In this document: in pieces, positions 19,513 through 29,515 of the stretch
Layout: each line of letters opens with the position of its first letter
Position numbering within the stretch: position 1 is the first letter of the stretch
Assembly: GCA_964402035.1 (NCBI GenBank)
Contig: CAYOAM010000002.1
Location: forward strand, 178,964 to 242,963
Length of the DNA stretch: 64,000 nt
Source: an uncultured Candidatus Saccharibacteria bacterium
Lineage (GTDB): Bacteria; Patescibacteriota; Minisyncoccia; Phycocordibacterales; UBA918
Reading direction: 5' to 3'
Program-made: the position numbers and the translations under genes
The notes under the pieces: generated by a model
Database searches by the model: none
Seen by the model: only the letters and a program-made list of their open reading frames with translations
What the model was told of the DNA's origin: nothing

Positions 19513-20794
19513 GTGCCCCTTCGGTATAAAGATTTGTGGGTGCCCAAAGCATAAAACTCGTGAGGCCAGTGTCATACGTTGCTTGAATCTGTGCACGCAC
19601 TTCGACAGGCCCGTAGTCTCCTCCATAATCAAAATCCTGTAACCATGGACGAAGCTTTTGAATATCGTATGCAGGTTTTGCATACAGTGCAGGAGTTGAT
19701 GTGCCAATGCGTTCATGCGTGAGAGCGACGACAGAGGTCGTGGTAGCGCTCGCGCGCCGTACCGCTGACGCCATTGCATAGTTCACAACCTTGTAGGGAT
19801 TACTGTTTGGATTACCGAGTCCCAAAAACGTTTTTGGATAATGCGATGGATAGACCATCGGTGCGACAAAATCAAAATATGGCAAAGCACGCTCCAAAAC
19901 CTGCCCAATCGAGAGGTCGTCAACGTTTGTTGCTGTCATGCCAAACAGGTCCGCGGATAGATAAGGTGTCGTGGTAGCACGACCCGTTCCTTCGTGTTTA
20001 ACGGACGCATAGCGTTCGGGGTCGCTCAATGCCGAATGCAAGTACATAAAAAATCGCTCTAGCGCCTCAGGCTTTGACGTCGTACCGGTAAATGGAAATG
20101 CAATGTCTTGCATATTGCCATCTGAAGGAAAACGCACATAATCAAAATTTAGTTCATCAAAACCAATGTTGTATGACTCAGCCCCCAGTGAAATAATATA
20201 GTCCCAGTGCGGCTTTGCCGATACCTCAATAAACGAGAGCCCTTTGTGATCACGCCACACCGTACCGTCACTCGCTTTCTTTACCGCAAGCTCGGGGTGA
20301 GACTTGGTGCGTAAGGGATCCTGAAATACTGAAATACGACCCATCACATAAATTCCTTTTTTATGTAACGATGCAATAAACTCCTGCATATCTCGCGCGC
20401 CACACTGCGCCTGCTGCCAAGCAGGCAACAGTTCAGGATCCTTTGGCAAAAATGAAATGGTACCCGAGTAGTCTTTAATATCGATAATCACGGCATTGAT
20501 TTCAGTTCGCTCAATCAGTGCCACAAGCTTATCGCGAAATGTTGGGGTCCCGGCAACGCAAGCGGTCATATAAATTGACTTTACCGCATTTGGCAACGGC
20601 ACATGCAGAACGACTGGCCGCGTGTCAGGAATGACTTTAGGGACTTCAGCAGGTTTTGTGGTCGTTGCCGTTTTGGGCAGCACCGCAACCGCACTATCGT
20701 ATGTAGTCGGCAACAAAGAAGGAAGTGCTGACGCAGATGCAGCAATCGCTCCAAGGAGCACGACCCCCATAATTGCTATGCTACGAAATGTCAT
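19499..20794 (-). CDS. Putative exported glycoside hydrolase (DUF4015-like)
   Basis: Signal peptide; NAVIIDIKDYSG, GRISVFQD, GFDELNFDYVRFP, PMVYPSHY, RPWLQDF. Confidence 0.8.
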   Translation of the reverse strand: MTFRSIAIMGVVLLGAIAASASALPSLLPTTYDSAVAVLPKTATTTKPAEVPKVIPDTRPVVLHVPLPNAVKSIYMTACVAGTPTFRDKLVALIERTEINAVIIDIKDYSGTISFLPKDPELLPAWQQAQCGARDMQEFIASLHKKGIYVMGRISVFQDPLRTKSHPELAVKKASDGTVWRDHKGLSFIEVSAKPHWDYIISLGAESYNIGFDELNFDYVRFPSDGNMQDIAFPFTGTTSKPEALERFFMYLHSALSDPERYASVKHEGTGRATTTPYLSADLFGMTATNVDDLSIGQVLERALPYFDFVAPMVYPSHYPKTFLGLGNPNSNPYKVVNYAMASAVRRASATTTSVVALTHERIGTSTPALYAKPAYDIQKLRPWLQDFDYGGDYGPVEVRAQIQATYDTGLTSFMLWAPTNLYTEGALEKE

Positions 20795-20804
20795 ATGAAT
20801 TATA

Positions 20805-20950
20805 GAAGATGTTTAAAAACTACAGATACGAGGCGTCAAGGAACGAAAACCCGAGGCAGCAGAATATGCTGGGAGCATATTCTGCAATCTTCTCGATGAG
20901 CGGTTTGAGCGACGCAGACAACGAAGTAGATGCGGGTTTTAAACATGTTC
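20805..20950. repeat. Palindromic MITE-like element (RPE-like), copy 2
   Basis: Terminal IR GAAGATGTTTAAAA/TTTTAAACATGTTC; AGATACGAGGCG...CAACGAAGTAG core; inner hairpin GCAGAATATGCT-GGG-AGCATATTCTGC. Confidence 0.65.
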
Positions 20951-21189
20951 TAGGAACGTTTAGGATCGAGTGTACGAGCTTGGTTCTCAACAAATGCTTC
21001 GGCACGACGCTCTCCTCCCAAGGTTTCAAGTGAGCGCAGATACGCAGCCCGACGAAGGCGATACCCAATAATGGCAATCAATATTCCAAAAGAAAGAAAA
21101 ATCCATTTTTTTATATCGTTGGGAACTCCGAGAAATGGCAACACCAGTACCCCAATACCCATAAAAAAGACGAAAGATTCCTGTGACAT
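20950..21189 (-). CDS. Small two-helix membrane protein
   Basis: 'LVLPFLGVP' and two hydrophobic segments; start moved to ATG 21189. Confidence 0.6.
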   Translation of the reverse strand: MSQESFVFFMGIGVLVLPFLGVPNDIKKWIFLSFGILIAIIGYRLRRAAYLRSLETLGGERRAEAFVENQARTLDPKRS

Positions 21190-21258
21190 CACGAAAAGTA
21201 TACCGTACTTAAAGGACAAGCAGAAATCCACAGGATAGAAACCTGAGAATTCACTGTA

Positions 21259-21945
21259 TTAGACAGCTTCGATAATGACGACACATTCACCACGAATTTC
21301 GTCTGCGTGCCCCGCATAGTACGCGAGCACCTCCGATGCAGTACCTCGCACCACGCTCTCATAGATCTTGGTAAGCTCACGGGCAACCGCGATACGTCTT
21401 TCTGGAGCCAACACAACACTCAGAGACTCCAACGTCTTCATGAGGCGGTGTGGTGATTCATACAAAACGACAGCTCGCTCTGTCTCAGCAATCTCCTTAA
21501 ACAGAGTTTGGCGTCCCTTCTTGTGCGGCAAAAAACCTAAGAAAACAAATTCTGACGAAGCAATACCCGCAATCGACAACGCCGCAGTGAGCGCAGACGC
21601 GCCAGGGATTGTCTCAATACGCACAGTGGGTAGAGCCTCACGAATCTGATTGATGATCCTATAACCTGGATCTGATATGCACGGAGTACCTGCATCGGTC
21701 ACCAAAGCAATCTTCTGTCCTTTTTCCAACCGCTCGAGAATTTCTTCGTGTCGCGCCACCGAGGCATGTGCGTCATACCGCTTCATCGAAGTTTTGATCT
21801 CATAGTGTGAAAGCAGTTTTCCTGTCACGCGCGTATCCTCACAAAAAATAACATCAACTTCTTTCAAAATACGAAGTGCCCGAAGAGTAATATCTTCAAG
21901 GTTCCCAATCGGGGTCGCGACAATATAGAGCGTGCCCATAATCAT
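21259..21945 (-). CDS. rsmI: 16S rRNA C1402 2'-O-methyltransferase
   Basis: LYIVATPIGNLEDITLRA, CEDTR, DAGTPCISDPG, YESPHR, RELTK. Confidence 0.97.
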   Translation of the reverse strand: MIMGTLYIVATPIGNLEDITLRALRILKEVDVIFCEDTRVTGKLLSHYEIKTSMKRYDAHASVARHEEILERLEKGQKIALVTDAGTPCISDPGYRIINQIREALPTVRIETIPGASALTAALSIAGIASSEFVFLGFLPHKKGRQTLFKEIAETERAVVLYESPHRLMKTLESLSVVLAPERRIAVARELTKIYESVVRGTASEVLAYYAGHADEIRGECVVIIEAV

Positions 21946-21972
21946 GCTACGGTACCACCTATCAAAGAAAAA

Positions 21973-23271
21973 TCAACGTAGTAGACCCTCTGCAACTTGA
22001 TAGATATCTCCTGCGCCCATCACGATAATACAATCCTTATCTGTTGCAAGTTTTTTGAGCTCACTAACAGCAGCTTCAAAACTGTCGACAGCACATACAT
22101 TTTTATTTTTCTCTCTTATAGCATCAGCGAGCTTGGTGTGGGTGACTCCGGAGACATTTTCTTCTCGCGCAGCATAAATCGGCAACAGCATGGTGTAGTC
22201 AGCGCCAGAAAGTGCATTCACAAAATCGTTAAACAAGGCATGCGTCCGTGAATACATATGTGCCTGAAAAACAAGAGCAATCGTGCGATCAGGATAGAGC
22301 TCACGAGCACCTAAGATAGTGGCTCGTATTTCAGTAGGGTGATGTCCATAATCGTCATAGACAAGAGCGCCGGTGATTGTTTTCCCTTTATATTCAAAAC
22401 GGCGCCACGTGCCGGCAAAAGTCGCAAGTGTTTCTTTTGCACGAGCGATAGGGATCGTGGTTTGTGCGGCGGCGGCCATGGCCGCCGCCGCATTCATCCG
22501 ATTGTGCAGCCCCGGCAACTTCATCGGCATCACAAGATCCATAGATCCTGTGTAATCAACCACCTGCGCAACGACACCATCAACGACACGTTTTATAACG
22601 GCATCTTTTGCATTACAGACGATAAAGCCATCTTCTGGTACTTTCATTGCAAGCGTATGAAATGCATCTACCACGTCATCGAGATCTTTGTAATAGTCGA
22701 GGTGTTCTGCCTCCACATTCGTGATGACCAAAATATCTGGCTCAAGATATAAAAAGTCGCGCTTGTATTCACATGCCTCAGCAATAAAATACTGACTCTT
22801 CCCTGCACGATAGTTGCTCCCCGTTCGCGCCCGCAGTGAACCGACGACCGCCGAAGGGTCGAGTCCCGCATCCTCAAAAATATCAATAAGCATTGCGGTG
22901 GTGGTTGTTTTTCCATGCGCCCCCGCAACAGCGATTAGAAAGTACTGATTCGCCACAAGTCCCAGCGTCTCAAAGTAATTTATTGTAGGGATATTTTTCT
23001 CTCGCGCCGCAACAAGCTCTTCGTGATCTCTACTCATCGCTTCTGTGTAGACCACAAGATCGATACCATCGATAATATTCTCTTTCACCTGCGCGCCACA
23101 AAACAGTACTCCCTCGCTCACGAGAGCGTCCGTAATAGGAGATGCGGAACGATCAGAACCACTGACGATTTTTTTTTCCGCAAGAAAATGCCGTGCAAGC
23201 GCTGACATCCCAATGCCACCGATACCAATAAAGTGTATGTGTTTTAGATTACTGAGTTTCATACGCATCAT
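21973..23271 (-). CDS. murC: UDP-N-acetylmuramate--L-alanine ligase
   Basis: HFIGIGGIGMSALA, GAHGKTTT, DDYGHHPTEI; start moved to 23271. Confidence 0.95.
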   Translation of the reverse strand: MMRMKLSNLKHIHFIGIGGIGMSALARHFLAEKKIVSGSDRSASPITDALVSEGVLFCGAQVKENIIDGIDLVVYTEAMSRDHEELVAAREKNIPTINYFETLGLVANQYFLIAVAGAHGKTTTTAMLIDIFEDAGLDPSAVVGSLRARTGSNYRAGKSQYFIAEACEYKRDFLYLEPDILVITNVEAEHLDYYKDLDDVVDAFHTLAMKVPEDGFIVCNAKDAVIKRVVDGVVAQVVDYTGSMDLVMPMKLPGLHNRMNAAAAMAAAAQTTIPIARAKETLATFAGTWRRFEYKGKTITGALVYDDYGHHPTEIRATILGARELYPDRTIALVFQAHMYSRTHALFNDFVNALSGADYTMLLPIYAAREENVSGVTHTKLADAIREKNKNVCAVDSFEAAVSELKKLATDKDCIIVMGAGDIYQVAEGLLR

Positions 23272-23275
23272 AATA

Positions 23276-23926
23276 CTATTGTAACAATCGCTTGGTATAG
23301 CCAAACGCAACAAGTTTTAGAAATGCTTCCCACACATTATCCGGGATTTCTTGAAGTATTTGGAAACCTCTAGCAGGATATTTTTTTATTCTCTCTAGAT
23401 CACCTACCATACCACCAATAAAATCAATGCCTTCCTCTTCTTGTCTTTTCTTGTACTCTTCGTACGATATTTGTGGTGATGTCACGATACACTCCGCTTC
23501 AGGCCAGAAGTTACGAAATGTGGCATAAGTACGTCTCTCCATGTATGGTTTCTGCACCAAGAGAAACGAATTGAGATTGAGTCGTCTTTCTTTGAGGAGG
23601 GTTCGGGTAAATTCGACGTTCTGCTGTGTGTTTGTGGATTTATTTTCGATAATAATCTTTTCTTCCGGTACCCCTCTTTGGCGAGCAATATCTGCAAACA
23701 CTTCCGCCTCTGGACTCTCATGAAATGCTCGAGATCCATGAATGACGCCACTATCGCCGGAAAATATAAGATATTTTCCATACCCTTGAAGATAGAGGTC
23801 AGTCGCTCGCTCTGCTATATCTGTGCCATATGAACCCAAACCAAACACCGCGTCCATAGGACGAAGTTCGTGATGCATATGCATATAATCCCAAATAATT
23901 TTGGCGTAGTGATCTACCTGATTCAT
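23276..23926 (-). CDS. YdcF/DUF218 family protein
   Basis: IFSG, EAEVFA, ENKSTNT, VQKPYMERR. Confidence 0.85.
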   Translation of the reverse strand: MNQVDHYAKIIWDYMHMHHELRPMDAVFGLGSYGTDIAERATDLYLQGYGKYLIFSGDSGVIHGSRAFHESPEAEVFADIARQRGVPEEKIIIENKSTNTQQNVEFTRTLLKERRLNLNSFLLVQKPYMERRTYATFRNFWPEAECIVTSPQISYEEYKKRQEEEGIDFIGGMVGDLERIKKYPARGFQILQEIPDNVWEAFLKLVAFGYTKRLLQ

Positions 23927-25275
23927 TGTGCAATCCTTTCTTTAACCAGATTCACAAATTGATCGTTGCGATCATACTCATTTTTAAATCCGCCGGGTGG
24001 CGGACCAAACGACGCGAAGGCGGGACTGAAGAGTATGATGTCCCCCGCTTCAGCTGTATCAAACGCGATAGCAACGGCGTCTTGAAGCGACGCGGCAGGA
24101 ATTGCCGCAGGCAATTCCTGCCGGATAGTATCCGTTCCTGATCCCGGAAGCAAAATAACTTCTTTTGCGTACTGCGGCAACGCATGAAGGAGAGGGCTCA
24201 TATCAAGTTTCTTGTCAGAGCCACCCATAATCAGAACCACATTCTTTTCCTGCGCAACCGCTTCTAATCCTGCCAAGGTCGCCATAGGTGACGTTGCATT
24301 GTTATCGTTATAAATCGCTACGCCATGCACATCGCCCACATGTTCTAACCTACCTGAAAGCGCCTCGAAACTCTCGACGCCGTCCTTGATTAAGTCGTCC
24401 GGCAAACTCGTCGCTCGAAGCGCTTCTATCGCTAGAGCTATATTTGCCCGATTGTGCGCTCCAGGGATCGGAAGCAACCAATCATCCGGTACATCACTAG
24501 CATCGGTCAATACTACCTCTTGCACAAGCGTGTATCCCTTTCGCTTTGCATACGCTTCAACGTGCACAAATACTGAAGGTGTGGTAATCAGCACATCGCC
24601 CGGTTCTTGATGCGCAAAAATGTGCGCCTTATCATCGAAATAGTGATCCATACTATTTCGATAGTAGTCCATGTGATCAGGAAGAAAACTGGTGAAAACC
24701 GCAATATGGGGACTCATACCCATCTCACCGAATCCTTGGAGTTGCCAGCTATCAAGTTCCAATACTGCAATATCACCTTCTTCTACTTTTTTTAGTAGCT
24801 GCAAATTTGAAACACCGCGCACATTACCCCCGAGATGCACGGTACCACCATCCGTACCACGTATGAGCGTGTGGTGAATGAGAGCCGTCACCGTCGACTT
24901 ACCCCGCGATCCCGTCACCGCCACAATCGGCACTCCTGAAAGCTCAGCAAACAATGCCGCACTCATACGTACTGGAATATTATTTTTTCGTGCCTCAGCA
25001 ATATAGGGAGAATCAAATGGCACGCCAGCAGCCATGAGCACCATGTCGCACGTCTGAAAATCCTCGAGCCGATGCTCACCTAGTACATACGTAATGTCTC
25101 CAAACAAAGAAAGACGATCCAACGATTCTTTGAGCTGCTCATGTGTTTTTAAATCAGTAATAGTGAGCTGTGCCCCACATTCCACCAAATATTCGGCATC
25201 CCCAATTCCTCGACCCAAAAGCCCGAGTCCCATCACGGTAATCTTCTTCCCCTTAAAATAGTCTTGTACGTCCAT
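23923..25275 (-). CDS. murD: UDP-MurNAc-L-Ala--D-glutamate ligase
   Basis: VMGLGLLG, AVTGSRGKST, ELDSWQL, PDHMD, LFSPAFASF. Confidence 0.93.
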   Translation of the reverse strand: MDVQDYFKGKKITVMGLGLLGRGIGDAEYLVECGAQLTITDLKTHEQLKESLDRLSLFGDITYVLGEHRLEDFQTCDMVLMAAGVPFDSPYIAEARKNNIPVRMSAALFAELSGVPIVAVTGSRGKSTVTALIHHTLIRGTDGGTVHLGGNVRGVSNLQLLKKVEEGDIAVLELDSWQLQGFGEMGMSPHIAVFTSFLPDHMDYYRNSMDHYFDDKAHIFAHQEPGDVLITTPSVFVHVEAYAKRKGYTLVQEVVLTDASDVPDDWLLPIPGAHNRANIALAIEALRATSLPDDLIKDGVESFEALSGRLEHVGDVHGVAIYNDNNATSPMATLAGLEAVAQEKNVVLIMGGSDKKLDMSPLLHALPQYAKEVILLPGSGTDTIRQELPAAIPAASLQDAVAIAFDTAEAGDIILFSPAFASFGPPPGGFKNEYDRNDQFVNLVKERIAQ

Positions 25276-25277
25276 CC

Positions 25278-25772
25278 CTATACGCTAACTGTTTTCTGTT
25301 GCTTCTGCAAATTTTTCTCCATAGCCAGTACACGTACCACACTTGGCGCGATAGGCCCTGGAAGTTTGTCTTTAGGAAACCAACCGTATTCAGCAATTTC
25401 TATTGGATCTATGGTGATCTTTTGAGATCGAGTCAAACCAGCATACACCTCAACTGCCACCTGCTTATATTCAAATGTACTTTCATAAGTACCAATACGT
25501 TCCAAAATGACCTCAGTAATATCAGTCTCCTCTTTAAGCTCACGATATGCAGCGTCTACATACCGCTCCTCTCGATAAACTCCTCCGCCTGGCAATACCC
25601 AGTGACGATGTGAGTAATTGAGACGCAGAAGTAAGATTTTTCCATCTCCACCCTCAATGAGACACTTTACACCCCGCACATGTGGACGAAATACAAACCA
25701 ATACATAACCTGCATTGGGTGTACAAAAAACCAGAATAATTTAATAGCGTAATATTGTATCTTAGTCATCAT
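25278..25772 (-). CDS. NUDIX hydrolase
   Basis: Nudix box LPGGGV...AAYRELKEET. Confidence 0.85.
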   Translation of the reverse strand: MMTKIQYYAIKLFWFFVHPMQVMYWFVFRPHVRGVKCLIEGGDGKILLLRLNYSHRHWVLPGGGVYREERYVDAAYRELKEETDITEVILERIGTYESTFEYKQVAVEVYAGLTRSQKITIDPIEIAEYGWFPKDKLPGPIAPSVVRVLAMEKNLQKQQKTVSV

Positions 25773-25773
25773 A

Positions 25774-26229
25774 CTACTCTCCCATCTTAAGAATCTTCTC
25801 AAAATGTTTTTTTGATATTGGAAAGAGCGAAAGACGATTTCCCGTTGCTAAGAGGCGCATATCTTTGAGCGCACTCTCGAGGCGCATGTGGGCAAGCGGC
25901 ACGACATTTTTAAACTTCTTTTTAAACTGAACATCGACCACAAACCACCGTGGCGCATCTTTTTTTGCTGTTGCATCAAAATAGTGCGACGTTGGATCAA
26001 ATTGTGTGGGATCCGGGTACCCTTCCCTTACAACCACAGCAACACCGGCAGCCGCAGGTACGGCACACGACGAATGATAGAAAACTACGACATCACCTTT
26101 CTTCACATCGTCCCGCAACATATTGCGCGCCTGGTAGTTGCGCACACCACTCCACATCGTCTTTTTGTCACGCCGAAGGTGGTCGATGCCATAGCTCTCC
26201 GGTTCCGTTTTAAATAGCCAATAATTCAT
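25774..26229 (-). CDS. EVE domain protein
   Basis: YWLFKTEP, WSGVRNYQARN, FYHS, RLSLFP. Confidence 0.92.
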   Translation of the reverse strand: MNYWLFKTEPESYGIDHLRRDKKTMWSGVRNYQARNMLRDDVKKGDVVVFYHSSCAVPAAAGVAVVVREGYPDPTQFDPTSHYFDATAKKDAPRWFVVDVQFKKKFKNVVPLAHMRLESALKDMRLLATGNRLSLFPISKKHFEKILKMGE

Positions 26230-26274
26230 AAAGCGATCGCGGTCAAATGCTATACTGTTCCAATATTTTTCTAT

Positions 26275-27054
26275 ATGGATACTACGATATCACAAGCTCT
26301 CAAAGAAGCGTACCGCGTACTCGCACCATTCTCAGCTCAGTACCGGGTGGATTTTGATCGCTACGCGATTACTATCGGCATGCTCATGGATATTGAGAAT
26401 ATCAAGGAAAAGCGTGTGTTAGATATTGGCACCGGCATTGGCATTCTCCCGGTCGCTCTCCGCATACTAGGGGTCCATGCCAACGGTATGGAATATTTCG
26501 TTTTCCCGGAATCAGGTAACGACATGTTTGGAAGAAAAGAAATCGATACGCTGAAAACTGTATGGGCACAACATAAGGTAGAGGTCATCTGTCACGACGC
26601 AACCGGCACCACCACGCCTCCACCCAGTTCGCAGGCAGACATAGTAGTAAGCGAAGCAGCGATCGAACATCTCAAGGGACCTCGTCGATTTTTAGAGCAA
26701 TGTAATGAACTGTTGACTCCTGGCGGCCACCTCCTCATCTCAACGCCCAACAGCGCGACCCTGCTCCAGCGCCTACGCTTTCTTGCTGGTCGCAGTCCCA
26801 ACTGGCCTATCGCTGAATTTTTTGACGCTGGCGAATCATTTACCGGCCACTGGCGTGAATACACACTCGATGAACTTACCTATATGATTCGTGCGAGCAA
26901 CTTCACGATACTTAAAGCAGCATCTATAAATGCACTTGCAAAGTTTAAACGACTACCCAATCTTTCAAAAAATTTCCGTGCACTTGTTGCAACGATTGCA
27001 TGGCTCATACCACACGGACGCGAGATGAACTACGTGCTTGCGCAGAAAAAATAG
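26275..27054 (+). CDS. Class I SAM-dependent methyltransferase
   Basis: VLDIGTGIG, IEHL, LTPGGHLLISTPN, HWREYT. Confidence 0.85.
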   Translation: MDTTISQALKEAYRVLAPFSAQYRVDFDRYAITIGMLMDIENIKEKRVLDIGTGIGILPVALRILGVHANGMEYFVFPESGNDMFGRKEIDTLKTVWAQHKVEVICHDATGTTTPPPSSQADIVVSEAAIEHLKGPRRFLEQCNELLTPGGHLLISTPNSATLLQRLRFLAGRSPNWPIAEFFDAGESFTGHWREYTLDELTYMIRASNFTILKAASINALAKFKRLPNLSKNFRALVATIAWLIPHGREMNYVLAQKK

Positions 27055-27110
27055 TACTTTCGAAATAGTTAGAGATGAAAAAACCGACTTGCGCGCACAA
27101 GCCGGCTTCA

Positions 27111-27281
27111 CTACAAGAATGAGGCGACACGTTCCATGACCTGCTTTCCAAAAATGATCAAGCAAGCGACGCAGATCCACCCGATTACCGCTGCTGCCCC
27201 GCAGACTAACAAAGCCCCACGAGGCGAAAGAATTTGATCTCCCAATCTATTTGGATAGGGAAACGTATGTACTTCATCCAT
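27111..27281 (-). CDS. Small membrane peptide (56 aa, MDEVHTF...)
   Basis: GGAGG 7 nt upstream of ATG 27281; one hydrophobic helix. Confidence 0.45.
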   Translation of the reverse strand: MDEVHTFPYPNRLGDQILSPRGALLVCGAAAVIGWICVACLIIFGKQVMERVASFL

Positions 27282-27373
27282 GTCGGTTCCTCCCACAGAT
27301 AAGGCTATCAAGTCCACAGAAAAGAGCAACAAAAACAAAGGTACAACAGAATCTGCATGAAGAGTCAATGAAA

Positions 27374-28099
27374 TCAGTTTACAAAATGCATTGTCGGATG
27401 CCCGAGCACGACTGCAATTATGTAGACGATAGGAAGAAGGAGCGGCACTGCGGTAAAGAATACTACGGGTATTGCCAACACATGATGCAATACGCCCACC
27501 GGCCTTGCTCCCCGATGTTCTGGTATCGAGTACGCAGGTAGATAGATCATAAGTCCATAGACTAATATCCATTGCCCGCCTCCCAAAACCTGCCCAACGC
27601 CACCAAATGATATCTCTGCCAGAATACCCATAAAACCAAAAAGTATAAACACAGAGAATGGTTTGAAATCATATTTAGAAAGTATCAGTGCCCACGCAAT
27701 AAAGAGCGGGATGAAAACGATGACGCTGTGAAAAAATACCACATCAACATAGTTCGCAGACGCCGTGATAAACGCAGAACCGATCGGTACTCCGAAAAGT
27801 GGCGCGAGGTTAGTCATCGAGACAGTCACCGCCTCCTCAAGTAACGCAAGGAGTGATGCAAAAAGCACAAACGTGACACGCCAATCAAGCGGTATCCGTC
27901 GCACACGATCACGAATAGCGTCTCGGTATCGGTACATAAGCCCACCCGCAATAAACACCCACAGTATCGCAAGGCCCCACGCCATCTTTACCAATGCCGC
28001 ACCTTTTACATCATCGAGCGTTGCGAGAGTCAGTAATGTGTTTAATCCAAAAAGCCAGAGTAGCAGTCCGCCGACGATGTATTTCTTAGTTCGACTCAT
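27374..28099 (-). CDS. Hypothetical multi-pass membrane protein
   Basis: 241-aa ORF with about 7 hydrophobic segments, co-oriented with its neighbours. Confidence 0.7.
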   Translation of the reverse strand: MSRTKKYIVGGLLLWLFGLNTLLTLATLDDVKGAALVKMAWGLAILWVFIAGGLMYRYRDAIRDRVRRIPLDWRVTFVLFASLLALLEEAVTVSMTNLAPLFGVPIGSAFITASANYVDVVFFHSVIVFIPLFIAWALILSKYDFKPFSVFILFGFMGILAEISFGGVGQVLGGGQWILVYGLMIYLPAYSIPEHRGARPVGVLHHVLAIPVVFFTAVPLLLPIVYIIAVVLGHPTMHFVN

Positions 28100-28108
28100 A
28101 GAACAATG

Positions 28109-28930
28109 CTAGCGCACTTTTTCTGCAAAGAACTTCTCGATGGCGGACGTACACTCATGATGGATATCAATAGTTGTAAGCTCTTCTTTGGTAACCCAGC
28201 GCGCCTCGCCAACTTCTGTACCATCAACAGAAATATCTGTTACAGGCGAAACAAGATCTGCTGCATACACAACAAAATAATGCGGGCTGTGCTCCTTACC
28301 CCACGATGTCTGACAAGTATAAAATGGATTTTTTACTTCCACTTCCACATTCAGCTCTTCTTTGATCTCGCGCGCAAGTCCAGCAGCTGTATCTTCTTTA
28401 ACATGCAATCTTCCACCTGGTAAATCATAGTGTGTGCCACCCACATCTTTGTTGAGCAAAATTTTTCCATCAAGATAGATAAGTGCCTTTTGAGTCACTT
28501 TTCCAATAAAATGTTCAGACGTAAGAAAATAGGCACGAAGTGCATCGCGGCACACCTCATACATTGGCGTTGACTCTATCTTTTCCTTAGGCATCCATAA
28601 TATTTCCGAAACTTCAGTGGTATCAGGTACGACCGTCTGATTTTTATCTACCATCTCTGTGCGGAAGAAAATAAAATATCGTTCCTCATCTGACTTTCCT
28701 GTTGGTACAAGATCGGTAAAAAATGCCCCGCAAGCACGTATATCAATCCCCAACTCCTCTTTCACTTCTCGTACGAGCGCTTGTGCGGGTTTCTCACCAA
28801 CATGAATACGTCCGCCAGGAATATCCCAGCGTACATCACCGGCACCTTTTACCAAAAGCACCTTGTCCTCTTTTATGATGAGGGCCTTATGTGCAACCTT
28901 GCCGACAAAATGAAGATCGTCTGTTTCCAT
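28109..28930 (-). CDS. Tandem double-domain NUDIX hydrolase
   Basis: Two Nudix boxes: PGGRIHVGE...REVKEELG and PGGRLHVKE...REIKEELN. Confidence 0.88.
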   Translation of the reverse strand: METDDLHFVGKVAHKALIIKEDKVLLVKGAGDVRWDIPGGRIHVGEKPAQALVREVKEELGIDIRACGAFFTDLVPTGKSDEERYFIFFRTEMVDKNQTVVPDTTEVSEILWMPKEKIESTPMYEVCRDALRAYFLTSEHFIGKVTQKALIYLDGKILLNKDVGGTHYDLPGGRLHVKEDTAAGLAREIKEELNVEVEVKNPFYTCQTSWGKEHSPHYFVVYAADLVSPVTDISVDGTEVGEARWVTKEELTTIDIHHECTSAIEKFFAEKVR

Positions 28931-28947
28931 CGGGATAGTATAGCAAA

Positions 28948-29322
28948 TGGTGTTCTAGGGATTTCGGTCATTATCTACCAAAGGTAGCCTCACATGACCA
29001 GTACCCGTTGTGGATATTTTTGTTTGTCCCACGGACTCCAAAATTATCTCACAACGGCTTCGAACCCTAGTCGAAAGCAACCCCGTTGCTTTCTCACGCG
29101 CGCACGAAAAAACCCGCACAGCGGGTCTTTTTACGTGTGCGCGTTCTAGGGATTTCGACCGTTACACGGTCAGTACCCCGATTGGATTTTCTGTTCGCCT
29201 TTTAGGCTCCATAAAATGCACAATCAGGCTTCGAACCCTAGTCGAAAGCAACCCCGTTGCTTTCTCACGCGCGCACGAAAAAACCCGCACAGCGGGTCTT
29301 TTTACGTGTGCGCGTTCTAGGG
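28948..29322 (-). repeat. tRNA-Ile 3'-end tandem array: two identical 96-bp units (29056-29151, 29227-29322) alternating with two diverged structured inserts
   Basis: Direct sequence comparison; each unit includes the tRNA 3' end CCCTAGAACGCGCA. Confidence 0.9.
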
Positions 29323-29381
29323 TTCGAACCTAGGACCTTTCGAGTATCAGTCGAATGCTCTACCAGCTGAGCTAAACGCGC
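29309..29381 (-). tRNA. tRNA-Ile(GAT)
   Basis: Cloverleaf: GCGCGTT acceptor, D arm GCTCAGCTGGTAGAGC, anticodon loop CTGATAC, T loop GGTTCGAACC; no encoded CCA. Confidence 0.95.
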
Positions 29382-29515
29382 ATATGTATACCGATAGAGA
29401 CCGGCATGTCGGATGATAGTAGCAAAAATGACTCGTTTTATCAATAAAAATTTGACATGGTATAGACACGTATAATCTGCTAAAGTTTCCCTAGAAACCG
29501 AACAAGGAGTCTGGC

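Noticed and set aside
28965-29226. Hammerhead ribozyme in the micro-elements
   Set aside because: GAAA is present but the CUGAUGA core is absent on both strands.
28948-29322. CRISPR array
   Set aside because: Repeats are 96 bp and tRNA-derived, the spacers are homologous structured elements, and no cas genes are in the window.
29010-29333. 107-aa ORF with an internal repeat
   Set aside because: Translation of the DNA repeat, antisense to the tRNA trailer.
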